A stretch of DNA of 64,000 nucleotides from Nostoc sp. DedSLP01 (GCA_034530875.2 JAVRCJ020000003.1:288001-352000); one strand, 5' to 3'; counted from the first letter of the stretch, positions 50,760 through 61,087 are shown. Numbers and translations: made by a program. The notes: generated by a model from the sequence alone, not told the origin.

Positions 50760-50860
50760 CTGAACACCTGCTGGCAATTTACGCTAATCTGATTCCCTTA
50801 CTATTTAAGGATAGTAATTATCTAGAGGAACTGTCATACCAATTAAAAATGAGGCTTGTA

Positions 50861-50970
50861 GACTCGCTCTAAGCGTACCCCTACGGGGAAGCAAGCTACG
50901 CGTAGCGTCTCGTAGAGAAGCCATGCCGTTGGCAAAGCCTCTCGTAGAGAAGGCTTTACGCTGCGCTAAC
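50861..50970. repeat. Composite small dispersed repeat (second copy)
   Basis: Matches 14810-14896 with an extra ~20-nt module (acccctacggggaagcaagct). Confidence 0.9.
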
Positions 50971-51187
50971 AAAATTCAAAATTAAGAAAAGTAAATATCA
51001 CAAGGGTTTGAGCTTATTAATTAAACACTTGTTATTTCTAAGTTTATCGTTGGAGTTCTAAAGTCGAAAGTTGGTGTCACGAACCAAAACGATAGCGTTG
51101 TGAACTTGAAAATTCTTCTACGATAAGAACTAACCACAAATAACGCTAAAACTAAAAATTTCCCCGCATCCCCGCGTCTTCTTCACC

Positions 51188-52957
51188 TCACTTCAGCCCT
51201 AATTCTTCCTTCAACTCCTCTGGCACATTAACTGCTGTCTCTAATCCCCGCACACCTTCCCACTGCTGCTTTTGACCCCAAGTAATTTTTTCCATATTGG
51301 CGTCGCTGAGGTCGGCACCGCCGAGAATGGCGCTGCTGAGATTGCTATGACTGAGATTCGCGCCGTTAAGAATAGCACCACTAAGGTTACTGCCGCTGAG
51401 GTTAGCGCTATTCAAGTTGGCATAGCTGAGGTCTGTACCGAAGAGTATGGCGTCGCTGAGGTCTGCACCGCTGAGGTCGGCGTCGTTGAGAATCACGCCA
51501 CTGAGGTCAGCTTCGTTGAGAACTACCCGACTTAAGTCTACACCGCTGAGGTCAGCACCTAAGAACATAGCACCGTTGAGTCTAGCGTTGTTCAGCTTGG
51601 CACCATTGAGTTTGGCATAACTGAGGTCGGCGGCAACGAGGATGGCACTGTTGAGATTGGTACTGAAAAGAATTGTATCGCTAAGGTTCGTACCGTTGAG
51701 GATGGCGTGACTCAAGTCAGCACCGCTAAGGTCGCCACGGCAAAGGTCGGCATGATTAAGGTTAGTGTTGCTGAGGTTGGCGTCACTTAAGTTAGCACCG
51801 AAAAGGATGGCGTTGCTGAGGTCGGCACGATTGAGGTTGGTGCTGCTGAGGTCGGCGCGGTTGAGGTCGGCGCGGCTGAGGTTGGCACAGTTGAGATTTG
51901 CATTGCTAAGGTCGGCGCGGCTGAGGTTGGCGCGGCTGAGGTTGGCACCGCTGAGGTTTGCACCAGTGAGGTTGGCACTGCTGAGGTCGGCACCAGTGAG
52001 GTTGGCACTGCTGAGGTTGGCACCGCTGAGGTTGGCATCACCAAGGTTAGCAGCACTAAGGTTGGCACAACTAAAGTTGACTCCTGTTAAGTTAGCGTCC
52101 CCAAGGTAAGCACGGGTGAGGTTGGCATTGCTAAAGTCTACCCCAGTCAAGTTTGCGTCGCCGAGGTAAGCACTAGTAAAGTTGCCACCTTTAAGAAATT
52201 GCCCGATGATACTGCTAAAGTTACCAACTTCCAGGGCATCGCTATAGTTAACGACCCGCAGTAGTTGGGAGGTGAAAAAACTATCTGTGTCTGGTTTGGC
52301 AGATGGATAGAAGCTGATTTTTTGGCTGAGTTGGTCTTGCTGTTGGGCATAGCGGTGTAACTCTAATAGTAAAATCAGCACGTTTAGCCCTGTATACATA
52401 TCTACCTGCCTCAGCCCGCGCGCCATATTTTTTGCTGCCAGCTGTAACATTTTTTTCTGAGGTAGGTTATCCTCTGGTGTGGCATCGATAAATTCTCCCT
52501 GACACCAACGATGATAAAAGTCTTCTAGCCGCCAGAACAGTAATTCTAGGCGAATCTTTTTACCTGTTACCAGGAATTCCATGAGTTCGTTAACTATTTC
52601 GGGTTTCAGCGCACCGTTACCCAGTAAATCGTAAATCTCTTCATGCATTTGGCGATCGCCTACTGCAAAGTAAAAGGGAGCATGTTGCCTACTTAAGGTT
52701 TTTTCGTCTATCTTAGAATTCCAACCACTGGTAGGTATTGTCCATTTTTCTAAGCTTTTTTGTAGCTTTTCACGCAATAAATATTCCACCAAACGTTCTT
52801 GAGCAAAATTAATGCTTTTGTCTGGTTCTTTAATACTTTTTTCTAGAGGTAAAATTGCTTCTGTTTCAAAAGATGTATTTTTTAACATCTCTTGTAACCT
52901 TCTACCTCTCACATAATTTTTCAGTAGTTTCCAAACTTGAGATAAATATGTTGACAT
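51188..52957 (-). CDS. Pentapeptide repeat protein with non-repeat N-terminal domain
   Basis: About 300 aa of A(N/D)LxG/S repeats. Confidence 0.95.
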   Translation of the reverse strand: MSTYLSQVWKLLKNYVRGRRLQEMLKNTSFETEAILPLEKSIKEPDKSINFAQERLVEYLLREKLQKSLEKWTIPTSGWNSKIDEKTLSRQHAPFYFAVGDRQMHEEIYDLLGNGALKPEIVNELMEFLVTGKKIRLELLFWRLEDFYHRWCQGEFIDATPEDNLPQKKMLQLAAKNMARGLRQVDMYTGLNVLILLLELHRYAQQQDQLSQKISFYPSAKPDTDSFFTSQLLRVVNYSDALEVGNFSSIIGQFLKGGNFTSAYLGDANLTGVDFSNANLTRAYLGDANLTGVNFSCANLSAANLGDANLSGANLSSANLTGADLSSANLTGANLSGANLSRANLSRADLSNANLNCANLSRADLNRADLSSTNLNRADLSNAILFGANLSDANLSNTNLNHADLCRGDLSGADLSHAILNGTNLSDTILFSTNLNSAILVAADLSYAKLNGAKLNNARLNGAMFLGADLSGVDLSRVVLNEADLSGVILNDADLSGADLSDAILFGTDLSYANLNSANLSGSNLSGAILNGANLSHSNLSSAILGGADLSDANMEKITWGQKQQWEGVRGLETAVNVPEELKEELGLK

Positions 52958-52961
52958 TTCC

Positions 52962-52975
52962 GTATCCGTTGATAC
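52962..52975. promoter_or_regulatory. Candidate NtcA binding site
   Basis: GTATC-CGTT-GATAC fits GTA-N8-TAC with extended symmetry; 4 nt upstream of the ATG at 52957. Confidence 0.5.
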
Positions 52976-53445
52976 ATTTAAAGTAATTGTTTTGATAATT
53001 GGGAACTGAAATTTTTTTCTGCTAGTTTGCTGTTTATAAATATATTTTTAGTATAAAATAATACTATTTTTAATGTTTTATTACTAATGTCCTTTGCCAA
53101 AAGCTTTGCTAAAAAGTGGTTTCGGTCTCAAACTTATTCTGGTGATGTAAATAAAGTGCTAACTGAAAAATTATTTCCAAAATGGCATCATTTTAGGACT
53201 TTGGCAAATTCGTTATATTTTTTCCCGCGAAATTTAGTAGTGTGATGTAAAAATAATACTTACTCTTTGTAATAGATGCAATTGTTAGGAAAAATCCTAC
53301 TGTAAAACAGTGTAAAAAAACAGAAAAATGGCAATTAAAATTGTAGTTAAACTTGGCTGCTTGATATAAGGCAAGTAATGAATTGCTAGACGACGGGCTG
53401 CATAGCTTTGCAAAAGTTAAGAATTACTAAGGATAGTTATTAGGG

Positions 53446-56400
53446 ATGAACGTGATGAACAGATTGAGCTTTTATATAATTTTGTTACATGGTTTATTTT
53501 TAGGAATGGCAACGGCTAGCGCCAAGTCAGTGTCCGTTAATGGTGTTAATAAACAGTTGTCTAGCAACCATCAGACAGCCTTAGTCACAGCCACAAGTAA
53601 AGACAAGTCTAATAATCCCTTAATTAGAGAAACTTCTGCCAGTAAAACCTCAGGCTTATCGCTAAAAGATATTCAAACTAGCCCTCAGCAGGGACTAGCA
53701 CCCGGTCAAGTTTGGGTAGTTAATCGCAGTAAAGACGTACATCCTCAAGATTTTCTTTGGGTAGTAAAAGATTTAAAAAAAGCAGTACACCAGCCATTTT
53801 TACAAGTCGCTAAACCGCCGGAAAAACCAAACTCCAAACCGAATGATACTACTAAACCAGAAAAAAAAGATGATTTAGAGGCATTTGATGAAGTAGTGAA
53901 AGATACTGTTAAGCAGGGGGGATTGTTCACTCTTTATCGGCAAAAAGAAAAGAATAAAATTTATTTAGAAATTAAACCAGAACAACTCAATAAAAATTAC
54001 TTAGCTGCGTCAACATTAGAATCAGGCATTGGCGAAAGAGGTATTTACAGCGGTATGCCTCTGCAAGATTTTTTGTTTTATTTCCGCCGGGTGGATAATA
54101 ATTTACAGTTTGTGATTCGCAATGTCAATTTCCGGACTCGTGAGGGAGATCCACAAGCGCGATCGCTGGCTCGTTCTTTTAGCGACTCTGTTCTCTATAA
54201 TATTTCCATTAAAAGCATTCATCCCCAACGCAAAACGATTCTCATCGACTTGGGCGACTTATTACTCACAGACTTAGCAGGATTATCTGTAAATTTAGGA
54301 GTCCCAGGAAGCACAGACCAGTCATATTTCGGTACTGCTAAAGCTTTTCCTCAGAATGTAGAAATTCAGTCAATTTTAAATTTCACAGGTAGCAGCGGTA
54401 AAGAAAATGAAGTGCCAAGCTTTGCTTCCCTAGCAGATAACCGTGGTTTTACCTTACGCGTCCACTACAGTCTTTCCGAACTACCCGATAACAATTATCG
54501 CCCCCGTATTGCCGACGATCGCATCGGCTATTTCATCACCGCCTACCAAGATTTATCCAAAGACGATCGCGGCGATTCTTTTGTCCGTTACATTAACCGT
54601 TGGGATCTAGAAAAACAAGACCCAAAAGCAGCAATTTCTCGTCCCGTAAAACCGATTGTGTTTTGGATTGATAATGCTGTGCCCTTAGAATACCGCGATG
54701 CGATTAAAGATGGCATCCTTATGTGGAACAAAGCTTTTCTCAAAGCTGGATTCAAGGATGCCATTGAAGTCCGCCAAATGCCAGATGATGCTACTTGGGA
54801 TCCAGCAGATATTCGCTACAACACAATTCGCTGGATTAACACAGTAGATGGCTACTTTGCAATGGGGCCATCCCGCGTCAACCCGTTAAATGGAGAAATT
54901 TTGGATGCAGATATTCTCGTAGATGCTAGCTTTATCCGGGCACTCAAGAACGAATATCGGACAATCGTCCAACCCAACCAAGTACAAAATACCACCACAT
55001 TATCGGCATTGATGCAAAATCGTTTACTTTGCGCCAATGGTGAAAATGCTAAAGACAAAAATACACCCCAGCAAACCCAAGGGTTGTTGAATCGTTTATC
55101 TAAAATGGCAGGGCAGTACGATTTGTGCTATGGCATAGAAGCAGCTAATCAGTTTGCCTTGGGTTCTGTGGCAATGTCATTGTTACCAGATAATATGCCC
55201 AGTCAAGAACAGGTAAAAGATTATATCAATCAATATTTACGTTTAATCATCGCCCACGAAGTTGGTCATACACTTGGTTTGCGGCATAACTTCCGCGGTA
55301 GTACGCTGCTACCACCAGAAGAGATGAATAATACAGAAATTACCAAAACTAAAGGTTTGACAAGTTCTGTAATGGACTACATCCCCCCAAACATTGCCCC
55401 TCAAGGTACAAAACAGGGAGATTATTTTCCCAGCATGGTGGGACTTTATGATGAATGGGCGATTCAGTACGGCTACGTGTCAATTCAGACATCAACTCCT
55501 CTAGCAGAAAAGCCGATTTTAGACGAAATTGCCTCACAATCTTACAAACCAGAGTATAGTTATTCCACTGACGAAGATGTGTATGACCTCGATCCCACAG
55601 CAGACGCTTGGGATAACAGCGGTAATGTCCTGCTTTATTCTCAGTGGCAGTTGAATAATTCTCGTCTGATGTGGGAACGGCTTGATAAGCGTTATCCGAT
55701 GGCTGGAGAGAGTTACAGCGATGTTAGCGAACGTTTTAGCACGGTATTAGGTAATTATTTCCAACAAATATATTACGCAACAAAATACATTGGCGGACAG
55801 TCATTCTATCGCATTCATGCTAGCGAAACCCCCTCTCAAAATGCCTCAGAAACCCGCCAACGGCGATTACCATTTGAACCGATACCAGCCGAACAACAAC
55901 GTCAGGCTTTAGAAACGCTACATAAATATCTATTTGCAGAAGATGCCCTCACCTTTTCACCAGAACTGCTGAATAAATTAGCACCTTCTCGTTGGCGGCA
56001 TTGGGGTAGCTATCCGCAAGTTGGTCGTTTGGATTATCCAATTCATGACTTGGTGCTACTGTTGCAGAGTGCTGTGTTGCGGGATTTACTCTCAGGCGAT
56101 CGCCTTTCGCGTCTCAAGGATATCGAACTCAAAACCAAACCAGAAAATGCGCTGACTCTGCCAGAGTTATTTGATACATTACAATCAGGTATCTGGACGG
56201 AAGTCATTAAACCAAAAGGTAAACCAATGAAAATTGCCAGTTTGCGGCGCGGCTTACAACGCGAATATTTGGATATCTTGTCTGGTATGGTGTTGCGAAA
56301 ACAATATGTCCCAGAAGATGCTCGCACTTTGGCATGGTATAAACTCAGACAATTGGATGATAAACTCAAAGATGTTAGTTCCGATGATGAATATACCAAA

Positions 56401-56466
56401 GCCCACTTGCTGGAAACACGCGATCGCATTGAGAAAATCTTGAATGCGCCGTTGCAAGCAAATTAA
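53446..56466 (+). CDS. Exported zinc-dependent metalloprotease (metzincin, EcxA/DUF5117-DUF4953 type)
   Basis: HEVGHTLGLRH, Met-turn SVMDY, R.ADDRIGYF; signal peptide. Confidence 0.92.
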   Translation: MNVMNRLSFYIILLHGLFLGMATASAKSVSVNGVNKQLSSNHQTALVTATSKDKSNNPLIRETSASKTSGLSLKDIQTSPQQGLAPGQVWVVNRSKDVHPQDFLWVVKDLKKAVHQPFLQVAKPPEKPNSKPNDTTKPEKKDDLEAFDEVVKDTVKQGGLFTLYRQKEKNKIYLEIKPEQLNKNYLAASTLESGIGERGIYSGMPLQDFLFYFRRVDNNLQFVIRNVNFRTREGDPQARSLARSFSDSVLYNISIKSIHPQRKTILIDLGDLLLTDLAGLSVNLGVPGSTDQSYFGTAKAFPQNVEIQSILNFTGSSGKENEVPSFASLADNRGFTLRVHYSLSELPDNNYRPRIADDRIGYFITAYQDLSKDDRGDSFVRYINRWDLEKQDPKAAISRPVKPIVFWIDNAVPLEYRDAIKDGILMWNKAFLKAGFKDAIEVRQMPDDATWDPADIRYNTIRWINTVDGYFAMGPSRVNPLNGEILDADILVDASFIRALKNEYRTIVQPNQVQNTTTLSALMQNRLLCANGENAKDKNTPQQTQGLLNRLSKMAGQYDLCYGIEAANQFALGSVAMSLLPDNMPSQEQVKDYINQYLRLIIAHEVGHTLGLRHNFRGSTLLPPEEMNNTEITKTKGLTSSVMDYIPPNIAPQGTKQGDYFPSMVGLYDEWAIQYGYVSIQTSTPLAEKPILDEIASQSYKPEYSYSTDEDVYDLDPTADAWDNSGNVLLYSQWQLNNSRLMWERLDKRYPMAGESYSDVSERFSTVLGNYFQQIYYATKYIGGQSFYRIHASETPSQNASETRQRRLPFEPIPAEQQRQALETLHKYLFAEDALTFSPELLNKLAPSRWRHWGSYPQVGRLDYPIHDLVLLLQSAVLRDLLSGDRLSRLKDIELKTKPENALTLPELFDTLQSGIWTEVIKPKGKPMKIASLRRGLQREYLDILSGMVLRKQYVPEDARTLAWYKLRQLDDKLKDVSSDDEYTKAHLLETRDRIEKILNAPLQAN

Positions 56467-56470
56467 AAAA

Positions 56471-56531
56471 GTACAGACGCGATGAATCGCGTCTGTACAA
56501 GAGTTAGGAATTAGTAAAATTCCTAACTCTT
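56471..56531 (+). terminator. Dispersed palindrome plus second hairpin after the metalloprotease gene
   Basis: gtacagacgcgat-ga-atcgcgtctgtac; aagagttaggaatt...aattcctaactctt. Confidence 0.7.
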
Positions 56532-56595
56532 ATTGTTTGCCCATAATTTTGGCAAAATATTATATAGAATGCCTATACACGCTGAAAAAAAGTTT

Positions 56596-56860
56596 ATGTC
56601 AGCTTGAGATAAATTTCACGATATTGTGAAATTTGCATTACAAAAGGACGGGTGGCGAATTACTCGTGGGACAGTTTATTAATTATCGATATGCATTAGA
56701 AGAAATTAGTTATGAGCTAATTTTGTATTTAGCAGTGCCATTAAACACTTATAACGATTTTTTAAGTAAACCGTTTATTCAAAAAATAATCCAGCGAAGT
56801 CAAATTAATCTGATAGTTGATGATGTGGAAAGGAAGGAAATTATTCGATGGCAGATTTAG
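56596..56860 (+). pseudogene. xisH: xisH-family pseudogene
   Basis: ATG TCA GCT TGA then DKFHDIVKFALQKDGWRIT; frameshifting deletion joins to GQFINYRYALEE...LYLAVP. Confidence 0.85.
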
Positions 56861-57183
56861 ATAAATATCGGGAGTGTATTCGGAAATTAATTACAGAATA
56901 TGCTCAGCTTGCCTTATGTAATAATGAAATCGAAGCTCAAACAATTTTTGACATAGAAAAAGACCATTACCAACTGATATATATTGGTTGGCAAAATAAA
57001 CGTCGGGTTTTTGGTCCTGTGATGCATTTTGATATTAAAAACGGCAAGATTTGGATTCAGTGGAATGGCACGGAAGAGGATGTAGGCGAACAACTGGTGG
57101 CAATGGGAGTGCCAAAACAAGATATTGTGGTTGGATTTCATCCGCCATATATGCGACAGTACACAGATTATGCTGTGAGTTAA
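56848..57183 (+). CDS. xisI: XisI family protein
   Basis: DHYQL..GW, HFDIKNGKIWIQ..GTE, GVPKQDIVVGFHPP. Confidence 0.95.
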   Translation: MADLDKYRECIRKLITEYAQLALCNNEIEAQTIFDIEKDHYQLIYIGWQNKRRVFGPVMHFDIKNGKIWIQWNGTEEDVGEQLVAMGVPKQDIVVGFHPPYMRQYTDYAVS

Positions 57184-57202
57184 TGTCATTTTGCTAAAGT
57201 AT

Positions 57203-57784
57203 CTAGAAAAATATCATTCGCTCTACGTGTGTTGCATCATTGAGGAAGTCTACGCGATAGACATCTGGATTGCTCAATTTTTGCCACTCGGCATAACCAA
57301 TGCGATCGTCAAAATGCTTTAGGATCAGTGCCATTAAATTACCATGCGTGGCGATCGCAATTGTGTCTGCTTTTTGCTGTAATGCTTCATCAATTACGGC
57401 TATTCCACGCGCCATAGCAGTACGACTGGACTCACCGCCATCCAGGCATAGATCGAGATTGGTAAATGATTCAGCCAATCGTTCTTGCCAATCAGCTAGG
57501 GGTGTTCCACACAGAACGCGTTCGGCGAGTCGGTTATCTATTTCGATGGCAAGACACAGATGTTCAGCCAAAGGAGCAATAGATCGATATGCTCTAGTAA
57601 ATGGGCTAGAGATGACTCGCTCGATGCCAAAACCTGATAAAAGATGAGTAAGAGCGATCGCTTGCATTTTGCCTTCTGATGTCAGAGGCGCGTTAGGTTC
57701 CTGTCCAACTGCTTTGCAATGTCGCACAATGTACAGGGTTTTCAAGATTAAGTTTTTGTTGGAGAAAGAAATACGAGCCAACAA
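57203..57784 (-). CDS. Histidine phosphatase (phosphoglycerate mutase-like) family protein
   Basis: VRHC, SSPFTRA, RLAE, GGES, THG. Confidence 0.9.
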   Translation of the reverse strand: MLARISFSNKNLILKTLYIVRHCKAVGQEPNAPLTSEGKMQAIALTHLLSGFGIERVISSPFTRAYRSIAPLAEHLCLAIEIDNRLAERVLCGTPLADWQERLAESFTNLDLCLDGGESSRTAMARGIAVIDEALQQKADTIAIATHGNLMALILKHFDDRIGYAEWQKLSNPDVYRVDFLNDATHVERMIFF

Positions 57785-57843
57785 TCAACTCGTAATTATA
57801 TGCAAATTTTCTGTATTTTAGTTTAAATACGTAAAACTTACTA

Positions 57844-57881
57844 AAAGGTAGCAGGGGGTTAAGTTTACTCCTGCTACCTTT
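57844..57881 (-). terminator. Terminator of DUF1995 gene
   Basis: aaaggtagcagg...cctgctaccttt. Confidence 0.7.
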
Positions 57882-57889
57882 GCTTTCTG

Positions 57890-58624
57890 TTAACTACTCA
57901 ACGCCTTTAAAAACCGTTGCAAACTCTTAAACACATTCGGCTTTCTCCCAGGTACAGCGTTGGTTGTTGTTTGCGGTTGTCCCTTCATAAGGATGAGATC
58001 CAACTCATCACCCGATGGTTTTGTGGGTAAATCGGCAATTTTTTGATAATCACCACCATTTTCCACCCAAATTTCCCACTGTCCTGGATAACAGCGATAT
58101 AAGGCAGTTCGATCGTCTATTGGGCGGAGATAATAGGCGGATTCAATGTTACTGATAAAGCGATCGCGGACTTTTCTGGCTGCATAACCAATGCCCACAG
58201 TTCCAGCATCTTCAAGGCGGGGATTTAAAAATACTAAAGGGCGATCGCCGATTACTTCACATAACTTTTCTAACTGCGGTACTTCTACGGAAGTGGGGGA
58301 GATGAATAAGAAAATTTCATCCTCTGGCTGGATTTTTGTTTGTAACGAAGCAGCCCTTCCCGTCCCGATATCCAAAATTTGAAATGGTGCATCAGCCCAA
58401 TCGCGGCGGGCTAAAGCCGCAGCCCCAGCATCTGCAAAGAAAACTTTCAAGCGAGAATCATATTCCCTAAACAACGGCACAAATTGTTCTGCCACTGGCA
58501 TCAGTTTCAGTTCTGGGAATAAGAACTCAACTTGTAGGCGATTGCAGCCATCTGCAAGGGCAGCTTGGACGGCGGTTTGAGATTGGGCGATCGCATCTTC
58601 AAGACTATTGGGAAGTTCACTCAT
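57890..58624 (-). CDS. DUF1995 family protein
   Basis: RLQVEFLFPEL, FADAGAAALA, LNPRLED, LYRCYPGQW. Confidence 0.85.
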   Translation of the reverse strand: MSELPNSLEDAIAQSQTAVQAALADGCNRLQVEFLFPELKLMPVAEQFVPLFREYDSRLKVFFADAGAAALARRDWADAPFQILDIGTGRAASLQTKIQPEDEIFLFISPTSVEVPQLEKLCEVIGDRPLVFLNPRLEDAGTVGIGYAARKVRDRFISNIESAYYLRPIDDRTALYRCYPGQWEIWVENGGDYQKIADLPTKPSGDELDLILMKGQPQTTTNAVPGRKPNVFKSLQRFLKALSS

Positions 58625-58744
58625 GGTTTATTATGTTGGTTTAGCATTACTTCTATTGTTCCAGCATTGGCTGTGATTTTCGGCAGCAACGACACATAGT
58701 GCTGCGATCGGCTTTACTGAGGAACTTGAACAAGATTAGAAAAT

Positions 58745-58775
58745 ATCCTTTTTTGGGATTATCCGAAAATAGGTT
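58745..58775 (+). promoter_or_regulatory. Tandem operator (C-box-like) upstream of controller gene
   Basis: ATCC-N7-GGAT, 1 nt, ATCC-N7-GGTT. Confidence 0.7.
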
Positions 58776-58813
58776 TATTGTGTTCAATGTTATGGTGCTA
58801 ATGTCAAGGCACA

Positions 58814-59077
58814 ATGAAATCTGTTTTTAGCCATGAGTATGAAGTGTTCCGTCACTGTATGATTGCGGCTCGTAAAGAGGCAAAACTAACTCAACAGACA
58901 CTTGCTAAATCCCTTCAAAAGCCGCAATCTTTCGTAGCTAAATATGAAAACGGTGAACGGCGGTTAGATGTAATTGAGTTCCTGCTAATTTCTCGTGTAA
59001 TCGGTGTAGATCCTTGCGATATTCTCAGAAAAGTTGAGCAAGAAATATCTGGAGCATCTTCTGAGGACGAACTATGA
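58814..59077 (+). CDS. XRE HTH protein, probable restriction-modification controller (C protein)
   Basis: LTQQTLA...PQSFVAKYENGERRLD; ATGA overlap with the next gene. Confidence 0.8.
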   Translation: MKSVFSHEYEVFRHCMIAARKEAKLTQQTLAKSLQKPQSFVAKYENGERRLDVIEFLLISRVIGVDPCDILRKVEQEISGASSEDEL

Positions 59078-59991
59078 ATCCACAAGATGTCATCAGACTT
59101 GCATCTCAATATTTAGATAAGTTATCAAGCCATACTTTTGATGTTTTAGATATATCTAAGCCTGTAACTGTAGACGCAGCAGTAAACTTAACTAAAGTTA
59201 TTTCAAAGCTTTCACCCTTACTCGGAAATTTAATCGAATTTAACACCGTTGAATTTTTGAATAAGCAAAATGAATTTTCTGAATTTGGAAAGTGGCAAAG
59301 GCAAGATCCTGGCTTTCCAGATACTATTTTTGTGGGAAGAGTTCAACCAACACCAGGATTAGAAATTAAAGCATGGTTTCCATTAGCAACGGAAATAACA
59401 GCACGTTTTAAAGATAGCCAAAATCACTTTCAGCACGATCAAACCTATGTTGCTATGTTGGCATGGTTACCCGAAAAAATTATCTATGGTAAGCCTCGTA
59501 TTCTTGATGTATGCCTTGTCTCTGGTTTGTCGGTAGCTTTAGCTAGAGATACTCATTATCATAATCCGCCAGATTACCTTGTTTTAGAACCAGAGGATAC
59601 AACTCAGAGAACAGCAAATTTACAGCAGACAAACACTAGTGGTTATAAATTTCAAGGATCTGTCGAAGAGTTATTAGAAGCTCAAAAAATAGTTGACTCA
59701 TGGGGTGTTGAGGGAAAAGCCTATAAACCAACTAGAGAATATCAGCGTCTGCTACGCGAACTGTTAATAAGATACAAATACAGGCTTGATACTAATTTTG
59801 CAAAGATGGATAGAATCGTACATCCAGGTATTAAAAAATTTAAGCAGCGTGTGTACAATACTCAAGTTTCTGGTATGACAGTGGGGCAGTGGAATAGGCT
59901 TCTGTCAAGCCGTAAAGAAGACAATATCAGAAAATATTTACAAGATTATCTAGATATTAGAGAAGAGAGTATTGACGAACTTCTTGATTAA
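59074..59991 (+). CDS. Putative type II restriction endonuclease
   Basis: GNLIE ... FPD ... GLEIK (PD-(D/E)xK pattern); lies between HTH and MTase genes. Confidence 0.75.
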   Translation: MNPQDVIRLASQYLDKLSSHTFDVLDISKPVTVDAAVNLTKVISKLSPLLGNLIEFNTVEFLNKQNEFSEFGKWQRQDPGFPDTIFVGRVQPTPGLEIKAWFPLATEITARFKDSQNHFQHDQTYVAMLAWLPEKIIYGKPRILDVCLVSGLSVALARDTHYHNPPDYLVLEPEDTTQRTANLQQTNTSGYKFQGSVEELLEAQKIVDSWGVEGKAYKPTREYQRLLRELLIRYKYRLDTNFAKMDRIVHPGIKKFKQRVYNTQVSGMTVGQWNRLLSSRKEDNIRKYLQDYLDIREESIDELLD

Positions 59992-61045
59992 ATCTTTGTA
60001 CTCCATAGTAGAAATAATCTGCATCTATTTCGCAGGAGTAGGCTTTTCTTCTAAGTTTCTGGGCTGCCAAAGATGCAGTGAACATACCTCCAAAAGGTTC
60101 CCATACAACATCATTTTCATCGCTTGACGCTTCGATAATAATACTCATCAAATCAAGGGGTTTTTGATTAAAGTGTACTGCTTTTCCAGAAGAAGTTTTA
60201 ACTCTTTCATCACCTCGTAAAGCTTGACGATCCCAAACATTTGTAAAACCATGAGGGCATCTGAATTTTGAACGCATCTTATTCCATTGTTGCCCTGTTA
60301 AAGATTGCTTACCATCCAAAGAAAAATAAGGTTTTCCTTGTGGCTTCCCATATTCATTTGCATAGTTAACTAGTCTCTCAAACATCTCTGGAGGAGGAAA
60401 ATACCATAAGTGTCCTTGATCGAAATACTTCCTAGTTGCAGCATCAGCCACGCCACAAGCCTCATTTGCCTGCCGTAGCCTTAACCCAGAACGTTTCCAT
60501 TCTTGTAGCAACCATGTTTTTAAGGTGAGTTCATTAACTTTAACTTCTCTTACATATTGAACACAGACTTCTGTAACTACAGGGAATCTACGAATTTTTT
60601 TTGTATTAATATTTCCTGCTATATGGCCTTTTCCTTTGTTCCAAATATTGCAATTTACATAACGCCAACCGTACTTTTCTAAAACTGGATGCACAACAGC
60701 CCAGCCAATTTCTGAATTCCAAAACCATAGTGTTGTAGATGGTATGGCTGCTTTTGACCATGCTTCAATATGAGGTTCATACCAATTAGGTAAATCAATA
60801 TGATCTGAAGTGTCTCCTTCAAAACCAAGAACACCGTAAGCTCCATCTGAAACGATAACTATAGGCTGCTCCCAATTGTTGTAATGTTCAAGGCTATCGC
60901 CTAAATATAGAGCAACACTTTCATCGTTCCACGCAGAAAAATTGAAGTTGGTGTTGAGGTTGAGTACTTTTCCACGACCAACTGTGCTGGTAGCCTTGCG
61001 TTTTAAAGTCTTAGAGGAACTCGGTTCTGCGTTAGATAGACTCAT
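59957..61045 (-). CDS. Site-specific amino-DNA methyltransferase (N6A/N4C, beta-type motif order)
   Basis: LYLGDS, SDGAY (motif IV), H..QKP, VWEPFGG (motif I), CEID. Confidence 0.85.
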   Translation of the reverse strand: MSLSNAEPSSSKTLKRKATSTVGRGKVLNLNTNFNFSAWNDESVALYLGDSLEHYNNWEQPIVIVSDGAYGVLGFEGDTSDHIDLPNWYEPHIEAWSKAAIPSTTLWFWNSEIGWAVVHPVLEKYGWRYVNCNIWNKGKGHIAGNINTKKIRRFPVVTEVCVQYVREVKVNELTLKTWLLQEWKRSGLRLRQANEACGVADAATRKYFDQGHLWYFPPPEMFERLVNYANEYGKPQGKPYFSLDGKQSLTGQQWNKMRSKFRCPHGFTNVWDRQALRGDERVKTSSGKAVHFNQKPLDLMSIIIEASSDENDVVWEPFGGMFTASLAAQKLRRKAYSCEIDADYFYYGVQRFNQEVRQYSLL

Positions 61046-61087
61046 TGATTGGTTTACGTAGGTCTGAAACTTAGATACCTGTTACTT

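Noticed and set aside
51272..52350. Alternative-frame and antisense ORFs and a 15-bp periodic DNA repeat
   Set aside because: By-products of pentapeptide-repeat coding; not CRISPR, since there are no unique spacers
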